Both the position numbers and the translations under genes were made by a program. A stretch of DNA of 64,000 nt from Bryobacterales bacterium (GTDB taxonomy: Bacteria; Acidobacteriota; Terriglobia; Bryobacterales; UBA6623). The stretch covers positions 384,001-448,000 of the forward strand of contig OY729427.2 of the NCBI GenBank assembly GCA_963422375.2. Direction: 5' to 3'. This document shows positions 56,604 through 64,000 of this stretch, in pieces (the stretch's first letter is position 1; each line of letters opens with the position of its first letter). A model generated the notes under the pieces. That model made no database searches. It had not been told where the DNA came from and worked only from the letters and a program-made list of their open reading frames with translations.

Positions 56604-57978
56604 CGCCCATTCAACTCCGAAGTGCGACACGCGCCGAGCCACGAGATGGCAGGGAGGGGAGAGGGGGGGCAGCGAGCGGTGGTGTCGCGGCAGTAGGCTG
56701 GTAGGTGCTGGAAGGAGCAGGGAGGCGGATGCGGAAGAGCTACACGCACGTGACGCAGGAGGAGCGCTGCCGGAGCGAGACGCTGCGGGCCGCGGGCTGG
56801 GGAGCGAACAGGATCGCCGGGCAGCTGGGCCGCAAGCGGGCCACGATCTACCGGGAAGTGAGCCGCAACGGCCGACCGGCGGAGGGCGAGCGCGCGGCGA
56901 GCTACAGCTGGGGGAGCGCGCAGGAGCGCGCGGAGCGGCGGCGGCGCGCGGCGGCGTGCCGGCCGCGCCAGCTGACGTCGGCGCTGCGGACGCGGAGCGA
57001 GGACTGCCTGCGGCAGGACTGGAGCCCGGAGCAGGTCGCGGCGCGGCTGCAGCGGGAAGGGGCGCTGGAGATCAGCCCCGAACGGATCTACCAGCTGGTG
57101 CGCGCGGACCGGCGGCAGGGGGGCCGGCTGTACCGGCACCTGAGGCAGGGCGGCCGCAAGCGCGTCCGGCGGGTCGGCCGGACGGCGGGCCGCGGCCTGA
57201 TCCCGGGGCGCGCGGACATCGCGGAGCGCCCGGCGGAGGCGCGAGCGCAGGCGCGCGTCGGCGACCGGGAGGCCGACACCGTGATCGGCGGGCAGCACCG
57301 CGGGGCGCTGGTGACGCTGGTGGACCGGTTCTCTCAGTACCTGCTAGTGCAGCCGGTTAGCCGGCGCACGGCGCAGCTGGTCGGGGCGGCGATGACGGCC
57401 ATGCTCGCAGGGAGCGGGGCCGTGACGCACACGATCACGGCCGACAACGGCAAGGAGTTCGCGGCAAGGAGTTCGCGGGGCACCGGGAGGCACCGGGAGG
57501 TGGCGCAGCGGCTGGGGGCGGGCTTCTACTTCGCGCGGCCCTACCACTCCTGGGAGCGCGGGCTGAACGAGCATACCAACGGGCGGCTGCGGCAGTACTT
57601 CCCGCAGGGGACGGACCTGCGGCGAGTGGACCCGGCCCGGGTGCGGGAGGCGCGGGACCGCCTGAACCGGCGTCCGCGGAAGGTGCTGGGCGGGCGCACG
57701 CCGGAGGAAGTCTTCCTGGCGGAGCGGGAGCGGGTGCCGCGGGGCTGAGGCCGGGCTGGCAGCCCGCCGCGGGGACAGGGCGCGGGGGAGCTGCGCCCGG
57801 ACAGGCCCGGAGGGTCCCCGTTCCGGAAACGGGGCACGCATGCCCGCCTGCCCGGGACGCGGCCCCCCGCTGCGGCCCGGCAGCGGCTTGTCCGGCGCCG
57901 CTGGATCTGCTACTGTGGTCCTAGTATCCCAGCCCACCGCCCCTTACCCGCGTGTCGCACTTCGGAGTTGAATGGGCG
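56604..57978 (+). mobile_element. IS30-family element, copy 2; transposase ORF 56729-57748 open
   Basis: Same TIR as copy 1, TGC duplication; HTH TIYREVSRN, EADT, ADNGKEF, ERGLNEHTN and LNRRPRK. Confidence 0.93.
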
Positions 57979-58081
57979 TGCTGTAAGTTCTACGTCCTTG
58001 CAGATCTATTCCTTATCTAGGTCCAATTCGCCGTGAGTAAGCACATAGACAATCTGGACTTCTTCGAATCTTAGCATGAAA

Positions 58082-58785
58082 TTACCTGAAGTTCCAACAG
58101 TCTGATATGTCAGATTTCTCTAATACGATTTTGTGGATTCTGGATGCTCTTCCGCTCCCAGTACTAGTAAGGATGTGCTGACCGGAATGTACTGAGAGTG
58201 TCGCACGCCTCCTCCCATCTTGGGCGTCTAGAGAGCGGATGAATCTTTCGGTGAATCCGAGAGAATTCGTCTGATTTTCTTCGAATGATATCCGAAGAAG
58301 TGGCCGGGGATCTAGGGCTGTTCTTGAAATGTAGGATTCATTGTAAACGTTCCCGAACTTGAGACTAAGACGCTCGAGTACTAACATCTGCACGGCAGTT
58401 GCAATGCTCTCGCTCAGCAGAACCTAGCGCGCCATCGAATGTGGCTGCCGTGCCTTGACAAACTGCTTGACCAAGCCCGATGGCGCTCGGCATGTAGCTC
58501 GCCAAAGAGGACATGCGAGAGTTCGTGCAACAGTTTCCATGGCCCATGGGACGCAGGTTCGGTAGCGGATAGCTCGACGAATATGCAATGACGCATGATC
58601 GACGCGGTGGCTAGGATCTCCGCGTCAGCGGTCGGGAGGGAATCCGCGACCGCATCGCTCACGCCCGATTCAAGCATCCGGATCAGAAGCGAACGGCCAG
58701 ATCGAATGCTCGGGTCGTAGCTGGGCGTGCTCGGAGGGACCGGGCTTGGCTCGTACTCGGGAGCCGCCCCACCGACACTGGCCAC
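58082..58785 (-). pseudogene. Degraded lower-GC gene(s) with an HExxH metallopeptidase-like motif
   Basis: WKLLHELSHVLF in ORF 58414-58785; broken protein-like frames continue toward and across the IS30. Confidence 0.35.
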
Positions 58786-59107
58786 GACTGACCTGAGGAC
58801 GGCAACGCGCTCTTGGTCCCGCTCGCCCCTCTCCCGCAGCGATTTCGCCAGAAGTCATTGAGACGCCCACGGCTGCAATCCACTTGCTCCGCCAAGCAGG
58901 TGACTCGGTAGAGCGCATTCGCGAACTCGCCTGAATCGGTGGCGAACGCCAATCTGAAGACCATGAAAGAGGGCGACGCCGAACATCGGGATGCTTGTGT
59001 ACCCTGCGACTTGGGCAGCGTCAACTGCGAGCACGCCCCGTGTCGAGCGAGGCCGCGCACCATCCTCCTAGGCCCGCCGGCGCCTGCCACAAGCTGGCTT
59101 GTAGCTA

Positions 59108-59362
59108 GTGCTTGTGACAAAACCCCTGAATTCTGGCCTGATCAGCATTTCATACTACATCCTGATGTCGGATGGATTTCCAAACACAACATATAGGGCC
59201 CAAGGTCGGAAGTTGCTCAGCCGCCCATCGCGAAGATTTCCGCGCTCTATCCAGAATCGCCAGGATTTCGGATTAGTCGTAGCATTCCAACGAAATCTTC
59301 GCCTTGAGAGATTGGACCTAACGCCTTTGTTGTCAAGGGCATACGAGTTTTGTCACGGGCAC
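59108..59362. mobile_element. 255-bp MITE, copy 2
   Basis: TIRs GTGCTTGTGACAAAAC / GTTTTGTCACGGGCAC, TSD TAGCTA. Confidence 0.9.
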
Positions 59363-59990
59363 TAGCTACCCGGGACGTAGTAGACCGTTGCAGGCACGCT
59401 TGCTCTCGCCAGACCTTCGTCGAAGGCCACAGGAGGGCCGTCACTCGTGCGGGGCGGCCGTGCCTCCACCGCGAACTTCCTCGCCATCGCATGCATCGCC
59501 TAGGCGGAGCACTCTGCCTCCGAAACAGCGCTGCTGCAATCACCCCGGAGCCCAGCCCGTGATCTGGATGCGCACGTTTCGCGTGGCTGCTGAAATGCCT
59601 CGCGAGAGGTGCCCGGATGCCGATCTCGAGCGCAGCAGCAGTCCGGCCCCGAACCCTCATGCCCGGCAGACGCTCGCTCTGCCGTGATGAAACTAAAGCG
59701 TGCGAGCGGCACTCGATGGAGCCCGCCTGACGCATCGACACCGACCTGCAGGCCTTCGAGTCAGCGCCTGAGAGCCATCGAGCGGGGCGGCCCCGTCTTG
59801 GCCGGGTCGCGGCCGTCGTCCCCTGAATCCGGGTCATCCCTCGGGGCTCCCGCAGATCGCGGCAAGCGGTCGCGTACGTCCAGTCCCGAGCCGGGAGGGC
59901 GCGATACGCCGCACGACTGGCCGGCTCGCGGATTGCCCGAACGAGCGAATGATCCGCAGGCATGCGGCGACTACCGCGCCGCAGCGACCG

Positions 59991-60557
59991 CTAGGAATCC
60001 CTCAGATGTGCCACGAGTCGGTCCGTAATGCGGTCGATGATCATGGGCACGGACGTGGCCAGTGCCGCCTCAACCTGTTCGCGGATCAATTCCCGCGACC
60101 CTCCATCATCCTTCGCGCCAAGAGCCTCCTGCACGAGCCTGTCGATGACCTGTTGACTCGAATCCATGTCCGACGGTTCTTCCTCGGGCGCGATCTCGCC
60201 CGCGATCCCGCTGACTAAGTCTCGAAGCATCGCGGGGTCCAGAGGCTTCTGCACGACGGCATGGACACCGGGAGGCGGCTCGTCCCCCTCCTCGACGGCC
60301 TCGAGCGGCCCTAGAAGCATCACGATCCGGACACCTGACAGGTCCCGCCGAGCGAGGATCGCGTCGCACAGTTCCGGGCCGTCAGGCATGGGAAGCCCCG
60401 CGTCCAAGAGCGCTAAGTTCGGCTGGAATCGCTCGAGCCGCTGGAGCGCACCCGCCCCCTCGTAGACTCCCGCTACCTCACAGCCGTCCTCGCCGAGCGT
60501 CTGCTCCACTATGCGGTGGACATGAGGATTGTCGTCCGCGACGAATATCTTGAGCAC
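59991..60557 (-). CDS. Response regulator (receiver domain plus short helical tail)
   Basis: IFVADDN, LALLDAGLP and QKP. Confidence 0.85.
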   Translation of the reverse strand: MLKIFVADDNPHVHRIVEQTLGEDGCEVAGVYEGAGALQRLERFQPNLALLDAGLPMPDGPELCDAILARRDLSGVRIVMLLGPLEAVEEGDEPPPGVHAVVQKPLDPAMLRDLVSGIAGEIAPEEEPSDMDSSQQVIDRLVQEALGAKDDGGSRELIREQVEAALATSVPMIIDRITDRLVAHLRDS

Positions 60558-60563
60558 TGGCGC

Positions 60564-61709
60564 CTATTCCGGCTCTTCCGCTTCCTCCGGTTCCTCCTCC
60601 GGCGGATTGCGACGGGCATCCGGCTCCGTGTCGAGCGCACTGGGGCCCGAAATCGTCTCGACCGTCACGTCCGCGCTGGGAGTGATCGCGGCGGCGGCGG
60701 CGGCCTGGATTCCGGGCGGCGTCGAGGGCATGAGCGTGGTCATCGCCGGAGCACCCGCCTTCGCTGCCAGCCCAAGGTTGGGCTTGCCTCGGAACAGGCC
60801 CCAGAACTTACCCATCGTGCCCGGCTCGAAACGGTTCTCCACGTTGTACCGGTGCAGCTCGAAGCGCTCCGGATCAGCTTCCGGGAGATCGCGCTCCATC
60901 GCGCTGAGCTTCTCCTTGGCACCGTCGACCAAGGGGCTCATGGGATAGTCCGAGACGATCCTGCGGTATGCAGCCACCTGCTGCTCCTCGAAGTTGTCGC
61001 CTAGCCGGCCGTAACTCTCGCCGAGCTGCCACAGGGCTTGATCGGCCCTGCTGAAGAGCGGATAGTGGTCGGTCACGGACTGGAGCCGGTTAACCCCGGC
61101 CCGATAGCTGCCCTTGTCGACGTAGAACATGCCCACGCGGTACTCGCCCTCGGCGATCACCTCCTGCGCGTTGCGGAGCAGCTGCTCGGTCTCCTCGCGG
61201 AACACCGTGTTCGGGTAGCGCAGCAGGAGCTGCCGGCACTCCTGGTCCGCCCTCACGGCGTGGATGTTGTCGCGGTCGGGCTTCTGCAGCTGGTTGTAGT
61301 GGATCTGGCAGATCTTCAGCTGCGACTCGGCCGCCTCCTCCATGTTCGGGAAGAATGTGATGAAGTCCTTGTACTCCGCCTCCGCCTGGGCGAGGCCGGC
61401 CGAGGTGCCCTCGCGGTACCAGCTGTCCGCGATGGCAAGCTTGGCCTTCGCGATGTACTCGCTATCCGGGTAGGTGTTGATCAGTGTCTGCAGCGTGATC
61501 CGGGCCAGCTCGTACCGGTGGCGCTCGATGTTCTCGACCGCCTTGTCGAACAGGATCTTGTCCGGCTGCTGCGAATTGTTGGCTATGGGGTTGTCGTAGG
61601 GGCTGCGCCCGCAGCCCATTGCTCCAACGAGCAAGGCTGCGCAGGCGACCGCCCGCGTCAGTCGACGGACAGGCACGCTCCCCATGATACGTCGAATCGG
61701 AATTGCCAT
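60564..61709 (-). CDS. bamD: Outer membrane protein assembly factor BamD
   Basis: Lipobox-like AMGC, TPR helices, INTYPDSEY, FITFFP and KPDRD. Confidence 0.88.
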   Translation of the reverse strand: MAIPIRRIMGSVPVRRLTRAVACAALLVGAMGCGRSPYDNPIANNSQQPDKILFDKAVENIERHRYELARITLQTLINTYPDSEYIAKAKLAIADSWYREGTSAGLAQAEAEYKDFITFFPNMEEAAESQLKICQIHYNQLQKPDRDNIHAVRADQECRQLLLRYPNTVFREETEQLLRNAQEVIAEGEYRVGMFYVDKGSYRAGVNRLQSVTDHYPLFSRADQALWQLGESYGRLGDNFEEQQVAAYRRIVSDYPMSPLVDGAKEKLSAMERDLPEADPERFELHRYNVENRFEPGTMGKFWGLFRGKPNLGLAAKAGAPAMTTLMPSTPPGIQAAAAAAITPSADVTVETISGPSALDTEPDARRNPPEEEPEEAEEPE

Positions 61710-61731
61710 GCAGCGAGACCCTCCTCGGTAG

Positions 61732-62418
61732 TTACGCGCGGACCGGCGCGGAGCGGTTCGCGCAGTCGGAAAGCGCGATGACGTTGCCGGTCACGTCGTC
61801 CGTGCCGAACACGCTCGAACCGGCCACGAGAATGTCGCAGCCTGCCTCGGCCAGAGCTCGGGCGTTGGCGGTGGTGACGCCTCCGTCCGCTTGGATCAGG
61901 AAGTCCAGGCCGCGTTCTGCCCTGATGCGGTCCAAGCGCTCGATCTTGCCCATGGCGGAGGCGATGAACTTCTGGCCGCCGAAGCCCGGGTTCACGGTCA
62001 TGACGAGAACCTGGCGGACCTGGGCAAGGACCTCCTCGAGCAGGAACACCGGCGTGGCCGGGTTCAGCGCCACGCCGGGCGCGGCCCCGAGATCCGCAAT
62101 CAGGCCCAGCGTCCGCGCCAGATGCGTGCAGGCCTCTTGGTGGACCGTTATCATCTGCGCCCCGGCCTTGCAGAACGGGTCGATGAACGCGTCCGGATCG
62201 GACACCATCAGGTGGCAGTCCAGCACCATCGGCGTGTGCTTCCTGAGCGACTCGACCACCGGGATGCCGATCGAGATATTCGGGACGAAGTGCCCGTCCA
62301 TCACATCAATGTGCAGGAAAGTCGCGCCGCCGGACTCGGCTTGGTTAACCTGCACGCCCAGCCGGGCAAAGTCGGCCGCAAGGATGGACGGGGCGATCTC
62401 GACCACGGCAGCCGACAT
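61732..62418 (-). CDS. rpe: Ribulose-phosphate 3-epimerase
   Basis: IAPSILAADF, HIDVMDGHFVPN, MTVNPGFGGQ and ADGG. Confidence 0.97.
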   Translation of the reverse strand: MSAAVVEIAPSILAADFARLGVQVNQAESGGATFLHIDVMDGHFVPNISIGIPVVESLRKHTPMVLDCHLMVSDPDAFIDPFCKAGAQMITVHQEACTHLARTLGLIADLGAAPGVALNPATPVFLLEEVLAQVRQVLVMTVNPGFGGQKFIASAMGKIERLDRIRAERGLDFLIQADGGVTTANARALAEAGCDILVAGSSVFGTDDVTGNVIALSDCANRSAPVRA

Positions 62419-62470
62419 CTTCGGCTCCTAGTCTAGCAGCCGCCCCGCGACGGCCTGAGAGAATGTCACC

Positions 62471-63055
62471 ATGCAGTCCTCGCGAGTCCGCAGCCCTGTC
62501 GGGGAGATCCGCCTGCTGGCGAGCGACGCCGGGCTGGCCGCGATCTACTTCCCGCCGCAGGCCGAGCGCATCGAGGCCCGGCTGGCGCCTGGCGGCCTGC
62601 GAAGGGGCCATGGGAACATCTACCTGCTGCAGGCGGAGGCGTACCTCGCCTGCTACTTCGACGGCGACCTAGAGTATTCGCCCGGCATCCCGCTGGAGCG
62701 TCGCGGCACGGCGTTCCAAGCCGAGGTCTGGGACGCCCTCTGCGAGATCCCGCCCGGCGCGCGGGCGAGCTACCGCGGGCTGGCGGCGCGCCTGGGTCGC
62801 CCGGGAGCGGTGCGCGCGGTGGCCGGAGCCGCCGCGCGCAATCCGCTGTCCGTCCTAGTGCCCTGCCATCGCGTCGTGGGCGCGGACGGCAGCCTGACCG
62901 GGTACGCCGGGGGTCTGCGCGTCAAGCGGCTACTGCTGGAGCACGAGGAACGGTTCACGCCGGCGGCCCAGCACGACCGCGGGTGGGTTGGCCGCAGCGA
63001 CTCTCTCGGCGAACGATTACAGAAAGCGTCAATCGGAATCGCTCCGAATCTGTGA
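62471..63055 (+). CDS. ogt: Methylated-DNA--protein-cysteine methyltransferase
   Basis: GTAFQAEVW, RAVA, NPLSVLVPCHRVVG and LTGYAGG. Confidence 0.92.
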   Translation: MQSSRVRSPVGEIRLLASDAGLAAIYFPPQAERIEARLAPGGLRRGHGNIYLLQAEAYLACYFDGDLEYSPGIPLERRGTAFQAEVWDALCEIPPGARASYRGLAARLGRPGAVRAVAGAAARNPLSVLVPCHRVVGADGSLTGYAGGLRVKRLLLEHEERFTPAAQHDRGWVGRSDSLGERLQKASIGIAPNL

Positions 63056-63169
63056 CGCCGCCTGACGGGGTGTCTTGCAAGCCACAGGATGGAGCTAGTG
63101 ACGGCTACGGTTACAATGCACGAGCGCGGGTACGGCCGCGGCGCGGCCGATGAGGCCGGACGCGCGCGA

Positions 63170-63660
63170 CGCTTGCGCACGCGTCGGGCTAAACTGACGG
63201 TGTGCTCAAGGACACGGTCCACGTTCACGTCGGCCCCGCCGTCCGCGGTCGCCAGATCCACGTCTCCTCGCGGCTGTGCCGGGGCGTGTGCGGAGGCCCT
63301 CGAGCGCGACTTTCCCTACCTGGCCCCGCGGGGCGTCGCGCCCGCGAGGCGGGCGGAAGGAGCGGAGGCACCGTGAGGCGGGCGATCGCCGCCATCGCCG
63401 CGCTGCACGCGCTGCAGCCCGTGCCGGCGCAGAAAGCGGGCGGCCCCGGCTTCACCTTGCTGGGCGCTTCGAGCGTCTACGCCTGCGAGGTCCTCGACGC
63501 CTACTACTGAGAGGCGCAACGGTGCCATCAATGCGCCGAGGTCGAGGCGAGCCGTCGCCATGGCAAGCGGTGCGCCTGCAAGGGCTGCGGCTACTCAGGC
63601 GATGCGGACGTCAACGCTGAGATCAACGTCTTGCAGGCTCTAGAACTCGCCGACGGTACC
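63170..63660 (+). pseudogene. Highly degraded IS200/IS605 element (TnpA-like and TnpB C-terminal remnants)
   Basis: DTVHVHV and ERDFPYL resemble the TnpA HUH region; QRCHQC..CKGCGYSGDADVNAEINVL is a TnpB Zn ribbon plus RuvC-III motif. Confidence 0.65.
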
Positions 63661-63724
63661 TTCCAACCGCGGCAATGGCCGCGGTGCTGCCGACAATCGG
63701 CTGAGTCAGAAATAACTCTTGACT

Positions 63725-64000
63725 CGAGCCTTTTGCAAAAATCCCGAGCTAATAGCATTATCATTTAGTTAGTCTATTAAGTATTCGATATAATCAATGG
63801 AATAGAACTGCAGTAAATGTAGTTTTAATGGATTTTCATGCGTTTTGAGTTTCCTGGAAATCCCTTGCCCTCCGTGCTATTATTGTAATGCAAGCCTAGT
63901 AAACAGCTGGCAGGATTCAACGAATATGTCCTTGATAGAAACCGTATCCGCGTACTGGTTCACGTTCCAGCAGGGGCTGTTCCCCTGGCTCGAGCAGGAA
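63725..64000 (+). mobile_element. Left end of another IS; probable transposase starts at 63926 and runs off the window
   Basis: Abrupt AT-rich segment beginning GAGCCTTTTGCAAAAATCCC; ORF MSLIETVSAYWFTFQQGLFPWLEQE resembles transposase N-termini. Confidence 0.5.

Overview
A GC-rich bacterial chromosomal segment, most likely from an Acidobacteriota (Bryobacterales-like) organism. That is an inference from the Acidobacterial-type VWA protein, the hopanoid-cluster-like genes and a GAAC-N7-GAAY LexA-type box before recA. Housekeeping blocks (sulfatase, dehydrogenases, a partner-switching/sensor-kinase cluster, tRNA-Leu, recA, rluD, argFGHR, acs, queF, bamD, rpe, ogt) alternate with two CRISPR-Cas effector operons and a heavy load of decayed insertion sequences. 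At the left edge is a type III-B locus (cmr1-cmr2/cas10-cmr3-cmr4, running off the window). Its CARF-HEPN effector gene has been destroyed by a MITE, an IS1380, frameshifts and stops, while the Cas10 GGDD motif, the Cmr4 catalytic Asp and an NE0113-family CARF-wHTH gene are intact. At 42.5-50.1 kb is an intact type I-G interference operon (cas3, csx17/cas8g, csb1/cas7, csb2) with only a stump of cas4-cas1, bracketed by IS relics. I found no CRISPR array in the window. The mobile elements are 2x IS1380, 2x IS30, 3x IS1595-family, IS630 plus a derived MITE, an ISNCY-like relic, a 255-bp MITE family with TANNTA target duplications and an IS200/IS605 relic. Several are nested. The least explained signals are a conserved, apparently structured ~330-nt non-coding region inside the 3' end of two divergent IS1595 elements, the array-less Cas modules and the selective loss of the type III toxic effector.
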